Source of the DNA: Nitrosopumilus maritimus SCM1
GTDB lineage: Archaea > Thermoproteota > Nitrososphaeria > Nitrososphaerales > Nitrosopumilaceae
NCBI RefSeq assembly: GCF_000018465.1
Contig: NC_010085.1
Location: 1 to 32,000, forward strand
Direction of reading: 5' to 3'
Length of the DNA: 32,000 bases
Under the pieces are notes generated by a model that had not been told where the DNA came from, searched no databases, and was given only the letters and a program-made list of their open reading frames with translations. Positions 9,326 to 16,888 of the stretch are shown here, piece after piece. Made by a program: the position numbers and the translations under genes. How positions within the stretch are numbered: the stretch's first letter is position 1; every line of letters starts with the position of its first letter.

Positions 9326-9338
9326 TTATATAATGTCA
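9326..9338 (+). promoter_or_regulatory. TATA-box module TTATATAATGTCA, copy 2 (hsp20 promoter)
   Basis: TTATATAA centred about 27 nt upstream of the GTG at 9358 and ATG at 9364 of hsp20. This implies a leaderless or near-leaderless mRNA. Confidence 0.55.
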
Positions 9339-9357
9339 TAGATATTACATACTATAG

Positions 9358-9861
9358 GTGAATATGACAATGTTCTTTGATAGCGAATTTGATAGAATCT
9401 TCAAACAGATGTCTAGATCTTTTTTCAATACAGATGACATCTTTGAGGGATTCAAGGGAAATGGTTCTGAATCTGGCCCATTTTATTATGGTTATACAAT
9501 GACCGTGGGTCCTGATGGGAAACCTGTTGTAAAAGAATATGGAAACGTCAAACCAGGCCAACTTCCAGCTTCTGATACACGAGAACCAATAGTAGACACA
9601 ATTGTTGATGAAAAAGAAAAAGTTGTAAAACTCATAGCTGAGATGCCAGGAGTTGAAAAGACTGATGTCAAAATTATTGTTGACAACAAAGTTGTAGATT
9701 TGTCCGCAGAACGTGGTGATAAAAAATATCATGTCAAAGTTCCAGTACAACACAAAGTTGATGAAAACTCTGCAAAGGCTTCCTACAAAAACGGAATTTT
9801 GCAACTTGTCTTCAAGTTAGTTGAAGAAAAACCAACTGGCAAACAGGTGGAGGTTGAATAA
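9358..9861 (+). CDS. hsp20: small heat-shock protein, Hsp20/alpha-crystallin family
   Basis: 167 aa. Alpha-crystallin domain pattern KVVKLIAEMPGVEKTDVKIIVDNKVVDLSAER...ASYKNGILQLVF. Alternative ATG at 9364. Confidence 0.88.
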   Translation: MNMTMFFDSEFDRIFKQMSRSFFNTDDIFEGFKGNGSESGPFYYGYTMTVGPDGKPVVKEYGNVKPGQLPASDTREPIVDTIVDEKEKVVKLIAEMPGVEKTDVKIIVDNKVVDLSAERGDKKYHVKVPVQHKVDENSAKASYKNGILQLVFKLVEEKPTGKQVEVE

Positions 9862-9888
9862 ACCCCCCTTTATTTTTGAGGTGAAAAA

Positions 9889-12030
9889 ATGAGTGAAATT
9901 ATTTTAAAAGTTGATGAAATTCCGCAACAACATGTTGGAAGAGGAAGAGCAATAATTGATCCTAAAATTATTGAAGATAACAAATGGAATACTGGCCAAA
10001 TCTTAGAATTAACATATAACAAAAAAACACATGTAAAACTTTGGCCAGGAAATCCTGAAGAATATGGTACAGGAATTATCAAAATTGATGGAATGGCAAG
10101 ACAAAACATTGGAGCAGGAATTGGTGATAAAATTTCTTTAAAATCCGTTGAAGCTGCAAACGCAGAACAGATTGTTTTGTCTCCTACTGAGAAAATATCT
10201 GCTGAAGGATTACAAGAATACATGACCTATAACTATCTTAATCATGTATTTACAACTGGAGATACATTATCTCTTAACACTCAGATGGGTGGACGAGTTC
10301 AATTCATTGTAACTAGCACAAAACCTTCAAAACCAGTAATTGTTACTGAAAATACAATTTTCAAACTTGGCACAATGACAAAATCAGTTGATGCTTCTGT
10401 TCCAAGAATAACATATGATGAACTAGGTGGTCTCAAAAACGAAGTCCAAAAAATTCGTGAGATGGTAGAATTACCAATGAGGCATCCAGAGCTATTTGAT
10501 AAAATTGGTGTAGAAGCTCCAAAAGGAGTTTTATTATATGGCCCTCCAGGTACAGGAAAAACTCTTCTTGCAAAGGCAGTAGCTGGTGAAACTAATGCCC
10601 ACTTTATCTCACTTAGTGGTCCTGAAATCATGGGCAAGTACTATGGTGAAAGTGAAGAAAAAATTAGAGAGATCTTCAATCAAGCTGAAGAGAATTCTCC
10701 AAGCATAATCTTCATTGATGAGATAGATTCCATTGCTCCAAAAAGAGACGAAGTTTCAGGAGAAGTTGAAAAGAGAATTGTTTCGCAACTTTTGACTTTG
10801 ATGGATGGAATGAAATCTAGAGGTAAAGTTGTAGTTATTGCAGCTACCAATAGACCAGACTCTATTGATCCTGCACTTAGAAGACCTGGAAGATTTGATA
10901 GAGAAATTGAAATTGGAATTCCTGATGATGAAGGAAGATTTGAAATTCTTTCAATCCACACACGTGGAATGCCGATAGATGAAAAGGTAGATCTCAAACA
11001 AATCTCAAAGACAACACATGGATTTGTTGGAGCTGACTTGGAAGTCTTGTCAAAAGAAGCTGCAATGAGATCACTGCGTAGAATTCTTCCTGAGATAGAT
11101 CTTGATGAAGATAAGATATCTGCAGAAATTCTACAAAAAATAGAGATAACAAGTGAAGACTTTAGAGATGCACTAAAAGAAGTCAGACCAAGTGCATTAC
11201 GTGAAGTCCAAGTACAGATTCCTAACGTAAGTTGGGATGATGTTGGTGGTCTTGATGAACTAAAAGAAGAATTACGTGAGGCAGTTGAATGGCCTATCAA
11301 ACACAAAGAAGCATTTGACTATGTTGATGTTGAAACACCAAAAGGAATCCTATTACATGGTCCACCTGGAACTGGTAAGACATTGATTGCAAAAGCTCTT
11401 GCAAAAATGACAGAGTCTAATTTTATCAGCATAAAGGGACCAGAATTACTCTCAAAATGGGTCGGCGAATCTGAAAAAGGAGTCAGAGAAATCTTCAGAA
11501 AAGCACGACAAGCAGCACCTTGTATAATCTTCTTAGATGAAGTAGATGCACTAGTACCCAGAAGAGGCAGTGGTGGTTCAGAATCACATGTAACAGAGAG
11601 TGTGGTATCTCAAATTCTAACTGAGATAGATGGACTAGAAGAACTACACAATGTGTTGATAGTTGGTGCAACAAATCGATTAGACATTGTAGATGATGCA
11701 CTGCTTAGACCTGGAAGATTTGATAGAATCATCGAAGTTCCAAATCCAGATGCAAAAGGAAGACGAAACATATTTGAGATTCATACAAAAAAGAAACCAC
11801 TTGCAAGTGATGTGGATATTGCAAAACTTGTAGAGTTGACTGATGGATTTAGTGGAGCTGAAATTGCAGCAGTTGCAAACAGAGCAGCAATAGCAGCTCT
11901 TAAAAAATATGTTAGCGGCAAAGCACAAAATGTCAAAGACATCAAGATATCTCAACAAGAACTAGTTGATGCAATTGACAAGGTAAAGCCTCGCAAAAAA
12001 GAGATTCCACTTGCTCAGTCCATAAAATAG
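9889..12030 (+). CDS. cdc48: CDC48/VCP-like AAA+ ATPase (two AAA domains plus CDC48 N-domain)
   Basis: 713 aa. Walker A GPPGTGKT occurs twice, Walker B as IIFIDEIDS and IIFLDEVDA, and second-region-of-homology arginines (PALRRPGRFDR, DALLRPGRFDR). Confidence 0.95.
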   Translation: MSEIILKVDEIPQQHVGRGRAIIDPKIIEDNKWNTGQILELTYNKKTHVKLWPGNPEEYGTGIIKIDGMARQNIGAGIGDKISLKSVEAANAEQIVLSPTEKISAEGLQEYMTYNYLNHVFTTGDTLSLNTQMGGRVQFIVTSTKPSKPVIVTENTIFKLGTMTKSVDASVPRITYDELGGLKNEVQKIREMVELPMRHPELFDKIGVEAPKGVLLYGPPGTGKTLLAKAVAGETNAHFISLSGPEIMGKYYGESEEKIREIFNQAEENSPSIIFIDEIDSIAPKRDEVSGEVEKRIVSQLLTLMDGMKSRGKVVVIAATNRPDSIDPALRRPGRFDREIEIGIPDDEGRFEILSIHTRGMPIDEKVDLKQISKTTHGFVGADLEVLSKEAAMRSLRRILPEIDLDEDKISAEILQKIEITSEDFRDALKEVRPSALREVQVQIPNVSWDDVGGLDELKEELREAVEWPIKHKEAFDYVDVETPKGILLHGPPGTGKTLIAKALAKMTESNFISIKGPELLSKWVGESEKGVREIFRKARQAAPCIIFLDEVDALVPRRGSGGSESHVTESVVSQILTEIDGLEELHNVLIVGATNRLDIVDDALLRPGRFDRIIEVPNPDAKGRRNIFEIHTKKKPLASDVDIAKLVELTDGFSGAEIAAVANRAAIAALKKYVSGKAQNVKDIKISQQELVDAIDKVKPRKKEIPLAQSIK

Positions 12031-12047
12031 TCTAAATACTAAGGAAA

Positions 12048-12278
12048 ATGAGACAAAACATGAAACTGTATCTTGACTTTGACCCCTGCCAAGAATGTAA
12101 TACTATGATGGCAGAACTTAGTAGCCCTGAGATGCTATTTGCTGATGAAAAGACACGAGCAGATGAATCTGCAAAGTTTCTCAGGCACTTGACATACAAT
12201 CACAACGAAGTAGTTCAAGCTGTTATGGATGATCTTCCAAAACAAAAAAGAGATCAAGAACCTGATTTCTACAAATAA
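12048..12278 (+). CDS. hypothetical small protein (76 aa)
   Basis: ORF starting 17 nt after the cdc48 stop on the same strand, with coding-like composition. No recognisable domain. Confidence 0.45.
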   Translation: MRQNMKLYLDFDPCQECNTMMAELSSPEMLFADEKTRADESAKFLRHLTYNHNEVVQAVMDDLPKQKRDQEPDFYK

Positions 12279-12339
12279 CTTTCTTTTTCATTCTTAACAA
12301 TCAATAATCATATTCATATACAAAATTGTCTTAAATTGT

Positions 12340-12783
12340 ATGGATAAAATGAAAATTAGTTTTTTATTTAGTTTAACTGTAATAGCTATTTTGATTAGCT
12401 TAACACCTTCATTTGCACAAGAAACTGAACAAGAACCAGAACCTCCAGGACTTCCTGAACCTTCTCCTGAACCTGAACCAATTCCATTACCTGAACCTGA
12501 ACCTGTTCCTGAACCATTTCCTGAAGAGACTGAATCAGAAAAAATCCAGAGACTAACTGAAGAAAATGAACAATTAAAGCAACAAAACAAAAACCTTCAA
12601 GGTCAAATATCTACTTTAAAGAATGAAAAATCAGGATTACAATCACAAATATCACAATTGAATGAAAGAATCAAAGACTTGGAAGAAATCACAATAGAAC
12701 AACTTCGTGTAATTATGGAATTGGTAAATAGACTAAAAGATGTATTTTATGAAAAAATAATTTCTCCTACATTCACCATGTAG
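12340..12783 (+). CDS. secreted protein: signal peptide, Pro/Glu-rich linker, coiled coil
   Basis: 147 aa. Signal peptide ending SFAQE, an (E/P)-rich tract, then a heptad-like region QLKQQNKNLQGQISTLKNEKSGLQSQISQLNERIKDLEE. Confidence 0.6.
   Translation: MDKMKISFLFSLTVIAILISLTPSFAQETEQEPEPPGLPEPSPEPEPIPLPEPEPVPEPFPEETESEKIQRLTEENEQLKQQNKNLQGQISTLKNEKSGLQSQISQLNERIKDLEEITIEQLRVIMELVNRLKDVFYEKIISPTFTM
12421..12537 (+). repeat. low-complexity CCTGAACC-type repeat encoding the PE-rich linker
   Basis: Reiterated cctgaacc / cctgaa units are visible in the DNA. The opposite strand reads as a Gly/Ser-rich shadow ORF. Confidence 0.7.
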
Positions 12784-12799
12784 GATTTTTTTGGATTTT

Positions 12800-13720
12800 T
12801 TACTCATCAAGCTTTAGTATCTTCTTAATCAAAACAGTCCTGTTTCTTATTGTTACGTCACTGACTCCTGCTTCAACTGAGACTCTTTTTTGACTGACTC
12901 TCTCGCCATTCAGTACACATGAAATGTATAATGAAGCAGCCGCTTGTGCTACTGGGTGTTTTCCAGCAGTAATTCCTTCTTCTTCACAGCGTTTTAGTAT
13001 ATCAAATGCTCCTCGTTTTGTCGTTTCTTTCAAATTCATATTGTTTGAAATTTTGGAGATAAACGAGGCAGTGTCGTACTGATTAAGATTTAATCCAAGC
13101 TTTTTGATTATGGTTCTCAAATCTCGGGAAAGTATTCTTCTCTCAACATTACCAGCTTTTGCAATATCATCTAATGTTCTTGGAATATTATTTTCTCTAC
13201 ATGCTGCATACAACGAGGCTGAAATCAATGATGCCATAGTTCTTCCTCGTGTCAATTTTGCACTAACAATTTTTCTGTAGATATAGGCAGCATTTTCTAC
13301 CACATTATCTGGCACGCTTAACTTTGTCTTCATTGAATGAAGTAAAGTAAAGGCTTTGCTCAAAGTAGCAGTCTTTCTTGATTTGCTTCTTTGATCCCAT
13401 GTTCGAAGTCTATTGAATTCATATTTTGTTTTGCTTGGTAATGCATTTCCTGAAGAATCTTTATTGCTTCCAATTACAGTTGATAGTCCCTTGTCAAACA
13501 TCGTTAGAGATGTTGCAGGACCTGTTCTTGCTTGCTTCATAAAGTCTTCCTGAGTGTAACCGTTGTTTTCATATGATGCGTCAGCTAAGTTTTGCACTAG
13601 AATAAGACCGCAACCCCCACAAACAATTTCTCCTCGTTCAGAATCTGTTATTGCAGGGTAGGTTTTGCAAGCGTCTAGTTTACACTTGACATCATAATCG
13701 TTTGAATAATTTTCTACCAC
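12800..13720 (-). CDS. tfb: transcription initiation factor B (TFB/TFIIB), paralog 1
   Basis: 306 aa with a GTG start. N-terminal Zn-ribbon (CKLDAC...CGGCG) and two cyclin-fold repeats (AAYIYRKIV...SLYAACR and AAASLYISC...VTIRNR). Confidence 0.92.
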   Translation of the reverse strand: MVENYSNDYDVKCKLDACKTYPAITDSERGEIVCGGCGLILVQNLADASYENNGYTQEDFMKQARTGPATSLTMFDKGLSTVIGSNKDSSGNALPSKTKYEFNRLRTWDQRSKSRKTATLSKAFTLLHSMKTKLSVPDNVVENAAYIYRKIVSAKLTRGRTMASLISASLYAACRENNIPRTLDDIAKAGNVERRILSRDLRTIIKKLGLNLNQYDTASFISKISNNMNLKETTKRGAFDILKRCEEEGITAGKHPVAQAAASLYISCVLNGERVSQKRVSVEAGVSDVTIRNRTVLIKKILKLDE

Positions 13721-13722
13721 TA

Positions 13723-13740
13723 TTAACTATACTTAGTTAA
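13723..13740. promoter_or_regulatory. 18-nt palindrome TTAACTA-tact-TAGTTAA abutting the TFB paralog 1 start
   Basis: Perfect 7-bp arms with a 4-nt spacer, 3-20 nt upstream of the GTG at 13720 and downstream of the T/A-rich TATA region. Confidence 0.35.
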
Positions 13741-13896
13741 CATAAAATAAAAATAAATTGTTATAGGAAATTTTGTAATCAAAACTATACTTTACAAACA
13801 AAAAATTCCTAATCTTTTTAGAAAAATTTGTTTTACAAAACCAATACAACATACATTGTATTAAATGTTAAAAATGAAAAAAGAATTTTTAAAAAA

Positions 13897-14085
13897 TTAT
13901 TGCTTCATTGATTCTAAAGAATGTCCGCGATTTGTAAACATCTGAATTACTGCTTCTTTTGAATAATCAATTCCGTGTTTTTCTTCCATGTGAGATCTGA
14001 ATTTCTCAATTACTTCGTTTGCTTCACCAGTAATTTCAAGATCATCTTCAAATCCATAGTCGCTGACTTTTATTTTGAGGGTCAT
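13897..14085 (-). CDS. DUF1059-like small protein (Cys-less variant)
   Basis: The track ORF is 89 aa. I prefer the internal ATG at 14085 (MTLKIKVSDYGFEDDLEITGEANEVIEKFRSHMEEKHGI...), which aligns by eye with the DUF1059 pattern xxCxDxGxDCDFxxxGETEEEVxxxxxxHxxxxHG. Confidence 0.5.
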   Translation of the reverse strand: MTLKIKVSDYGFEDDLEITGEANEVIEKFRSHMEEKHGIDYSKEAVIQMFTNRGHSLESMKQ

Positions 14086-14211
14086 CTGCCATGGACAAAA
14101 AATCAAACCTATAAAAATCATAAACCTGCATTTCATCAAATGCGAAATTAGGCTTTTTGAACCCAAAATGTCTCAAATAGCACTAATAACGTCTGTTTCT
14201 ATGAACCAAAT

Positions 14212-14592
14212 ATGAAAGGATTAGAGTTTGTTTTTCTTGCAGCCGGATCAGTTCTTGGGGCTTTTCTAAGATACAAAATTACAGAATCTCCTTTGATTTT
14301 CAACACATTACCGCTAAACGTTTTGATAGTTAATGTAATTGGTGCATTCATTCTTGGTGTGTTTATTGTTCTATCACAACAATGGAATCTTGATGGAAGA
14401 TATTCTCTATTTGCCGCAATAGGATTTTGTGGTTCTCTAACAACAATGTCCTCATTTGCACTTGATTCTAGTAATCTACTAGAGAATAATCAATATGGTG
14501 CACTGGCAGCCAACATTATTGTCAATGTTGGCCTCTCTATTGGAGCTCTAATAGGAGGAAAATCCTTAATGAGTACGATAATATCTAACTGA
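14212..14592 (+). CDS. crcB: fluoride ion channel CrcB/FluC
   Basis: 126 aa with four hydrophobic helices and the signature GFCGSLTTMSSF. Confidence 0.88.
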   Translation: MKGLEFVFLAAGSVLGAFLRYKITESPLIFNTLPLNVLIVNVIGAFILGVFIVLSQQWNLDGRYSLFAAIGFCGSLTTMSSFALDSSNLLENNQYGALAANIIVNVGLSIGALIGGKSLMSTIISN

Positions 14593-14598
14593 TTAGAA

Positions 14599-14826
14599 AT
14601 GGTCTACTCTTATCAGGTTGTAAAGTTTCAAACAATATCATTTGTACAAGGAACTCATTGGTCTCAATCTGTAGGTGATAAAGGAATACTATACAAATCA
14701 TTGAAAGATCCATTTTCAAAACTAATCGTTCAGACAAATGATTCGAAAAAATTATTCCGTGTACCAAAAGATAGAACTGTAATTGTTACAAATGATACAG
14801 TTCATTTTCTAGGCGAACTAGCCTAA
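14599..14826 (+). CDS. hypothetical small protein (75 aa)
   Basis: Starts 7 nt after the crcB stop on the same strand. It competes with a 60-aa minus-strand ORF; the plus-strand reading is preferred from position and composition. Confidence 0.4.
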   Translation: MVYSYQVVKFQTISFVQGTHWSQSVGDKGILYKSLKDPFSKLIVQTNDSKKLFRVPKDRTVIVTNDTVHFLGELA

Positions 14827-15099
14827 TCATATAAAGAATTGATCAACTTGATCTCTGTACTTTAGCGCAATCTTTCCAAAATCTGCAAAATCTTCAACAG
14901 TTGGATTTTTCATTCTCATTGCATACTGATTCACAAATACAGACAAAGCACTACCTATGATTAGATTGTAGACACCATCAGATACATTGTTTGAATATGG
15001 AAATGCAACTTTGATAAAAGGAAGATAAGATTCTGTTTGAGATATCATCAACTTGATATGTTTTTCAACAAAATCTTCAATGTCTGATGGTATTGCCAT
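14827..15099 (-). CDS. hypothetical protein (90 aa)
   Basis: ORF with coding-like composition. No recognisable domain. Confidence 0.45.
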   Translation of the reverse strand: MAIPSDIEDFVEKHIKLMISQTESYLPFIKVAFPYSNNVSDGVYNLIIGSALSVFVNQYAMRMKNPTVEDFADFGKIALKYRDQVDQFFI

Positions 15100-15195
15100 G
15101 TTTATACTAGTATTGATTTCTTATAAGTAGATCTTTAACTGTAGGTACTATTTTCAAAATTGATAATATTTTTAGAATTTGTTTCTAAAATTTTG

Positions 15196-15426
15196 TTAGT
15201 TCAATAATTGTTTTTTAATGACAATTTGAGATAGGTACTTTTCTTTTCCTTTTCTACTTCTAGGCAAACACCTTAGCTGTCTATTACAACATGGACAAGC
15301 CAACCCATCATATTCTACAAAAACTTCACAATAATTACATCTCTTTTGTCCTGCGGCATATCTTCCAATTTGTGATGGCTTTAATGCCTTGTACTCTTTG
15401 CATTTGCCAATACAATAAGTCATCAT
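15196..15426 (-). CDS. small zinc-ribbon protein (76 aa) with basic C-terminus
   Basis: Cys pairs CIGKC ... CNYC ... CPCC, followed by RCLPRSRKGKEKY. Confidence 0.6.
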   Translation of the reverse strand: MMTYCIGKCKEYKALKPSQIGRYAAGQKRCNYCEVFVEYDGLACPCCNRQLRCLPRSRKGKEKYLSQIVIKKQLLN

Positions 15427-15429
15427 TAG

Positions 15430-15529
15430 AGCCAGAAATTATTCAAAGATAAAAGATTTGGTTGCACTGCAACGCACTTTTTACATTTCTTCCAAATTGA
15501 ATTTATAATACTAGTCTCCATTTCTGGCT
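15430..15529. promoter_or_regulatory. divergent promoter region bounded by a 10-nt inverted repeat, with a central palindrome
   Basis: AGCCAGAAAT (15430-15439) and ATTTCTGGCT (15520-15529) are reverse complements, each abutting one of the divergent start codons. GTTGCA-c-TGCAAC palindrome at 15461-15473. Confidence 0.4.
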
Positions 15530-15530
15530 A

Positions 15531-15830
15531 TTGCATTATTTAGACGAAAAAGTATTTGGAAAAATTACTACAAAAGAGATCATAGGTGCTGAACCTCCTG
15601 AAATTCCTGACACTAAAGATATCTTAGAAAATGAACTTGCAACTCTAGTTTCAGAACTAGAATCACAATCAAAAGAGAATCTTGAGAAACTCTTAGAACA
15701 ACAGCAAGCTGCTGAAGCTCATGTAAATAGTAGACCTGGAGCTATGGCTCTATCTCAACCTAAAATTCAATTATTTACAAAGTATAGTCAGAAATACATT
15801 CAAAGTATCAAAGAAAAATTAGATTCTTAG
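15531..15830 (+). CDS. hypothetical protein (99 aa), helical/acidic
   Basis: TTG-start ORF. It is convergent with the next gene and overlaps it by 4 nt. No recognisable domain. Confidence 0.4.
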   Translation: MHYLDEKVFGKITTKEIIGAEPPEIPDTKDILENELATLVSELESQSKENLEKLLEQQQAAEAHVNSRPGAMALSQPKIQLFTKYSQKYIQSIKEKLDS

Positions 15831-16771
15831 ACTTTTTTCTTTCTGGTGCGTTTCTTTGGAGATGTCTTTCTTCTTACCAATAATGAAATGATTGCTCCAG
15901 CTGGAATTCCTATGATTGTTCCAAGGCTAACATAAGGTGCAATAAAGAAATCTCCTACCCAAATCCCACCATCAGTTGTTAATTCCATAAAGGTTCTAGG
16001 TCGTAATACCACTGAGACAGTTTGTGAATCTTCCTTCTCATCTCCAACATCATCAGTATATTGTACAATAATCTCAAATGGTAACTTGTATTCTGTATTT
16101 ACTTCTTCAGTTGGGGTAATGATCCGTGATGTGATTCCAACTGGAGTGTTTTTTTCAATTTTAGAAAATGAATGCATTGTCTCTCCTCTAAATTCAATAT
16201 CTTTCGGTGGAATGATTTTGATTCTAACATCGGTAATGTCAATATCTTTAGATATCACTTCAACTTCAATTGGAAATTCTGCATTTGCAAAAATTGATTC
16301 AGGCATTTTTGTGTGGATTGTAACATTTGGGTCTTCTTTTATTGTAATTGGAATCGCAATGTCGTGATAAAACGGATCTTGTGGTGTCTCGTTATTTGAA
16401 ACTAGAATCTGAGAATATTTTATGTTAAGAAAATGAATTCCTGGACTTGCATCATTTGTAATATTTAGACTGACATTTTCACCATATGAACCACCTTCAG
16501 TAAGTTTCTCAATTGTTACGCTGTTTGGTTCTACAATTAATCCTGGTACATCAGATAATGAAAATTCAAATGAAATATCTTGTTTTTCTTCCCATCCATT
16601 ATTTTTTATTAAAATTGAGATGATTCCTTCCCTACCGACTACTATTTCATCAGGATGAGTGATCTTAATATCCATTCCTCCCTCTAGATTCTGAACTAGA
16701 GTTTCTCCATGAATGTTAGGGATCATAAAGAACAATCCTACAAGAAAAGGTGCAATCCAGAACCGATTCAT
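15827..16771 (-). CDS. cell-surface protein: signal peptide, beta-rich ectodomain, C-terminal TM anchor with polybasic tail
   Basis: 314 aa. N-terminal hydrophobic signal; C-terminal GTIIGIPAGAIISLLV followed by RRKTSPKKRTRKKKV. Confidence 0.65.
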   Translation of the reverse strand: MNRFWIAPFLVGLFFMIPNIHGETLVQNLEGGMDIKITHPDEIVVGREGIISILIKNNGWEEKQDISFEFSLSDVPGLIVEPNSVTIEKLTEGGSYGENVSLNITNDASPGIHFLNIKYSQILVSNNETPQDPFYHDIAIPITIKEDPNVTIHTKMPESIFANAEFPIEVEVISKDIDITDVRIKIIPPKDIEFRGETMHSFSKIEKNTPVGITSRIITPTEEVNTEYKLPFEIIVQYTDDVGDEKEDSQTVSVVLRPRTFMELTTDGGIWVGDFFIAPYVSLGTIIGIPAGAIISLLVRRKTSPKKRTRKKKV

Positions 16772-16864
16772 GCTTTTTTATTATCACAACTGCATTATGA
16801 CTATTCTGGGCAATTACAGGCTCAAAAATCCCAAAAAATAACTTGTTGATTCATAAATACCACC

Positions 16865-16876
16865 AATCCTAGGATT
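16865..16876. promoter_or_regulatory. 12-bp perfect palindrome AATCCTAGGATT between the TATA box and start of TFB paralog 2
   Basis: Lies between the TATA-like TCATAAATAC (16851-16860) and the ATG at 16889. Confidence 0.35.
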
Positions 16877-16888
16877 CCAGAATCAATT

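Noticed and set aside
9352-9804. 150-aa minus-strand ORF covering hsp20
   Set aside because: It is antisense to a clear alpha-crystallin-domain gene. Its Phe/Asn/Ile/Tyr-rich translation is typical of an AT-rich shadow frame.
10299-11958. Four minus-strand ORFs (10299-10637, 10680-11306, 11495-11701, 11680-11958) inside cdc48
   Set aside because: They are antisense shadows of a 713-aa AAA+ gene with both Walker A/B sets intact. Their Ser/Leu-rich translations have no motifs.
12294-12590. Gly/Ser-rich 98-aa minus-strand ORF
   Set aside because: It is the reverse-complement reading of the CCTGAACC repeat. The plus-strand reading has a signal peptide and continues into a coiled coil, so it is preferred.
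14167-14211. Possible fluoride riboswitch upstream of crcB
   Set aside because: The spacer is only 45 nt and AT-rich, with no paired G/C segments resembling the crcB motif.
14585-14767. 60-aa minus-strand ORF overlapping the 75-aa plus-strand ORF
   Set aside because: It overlaps the crcB stop region and has no upstream promoter-like element. The plus-strand ORF follows crcB by 7 nt. Both remain low-confidence.
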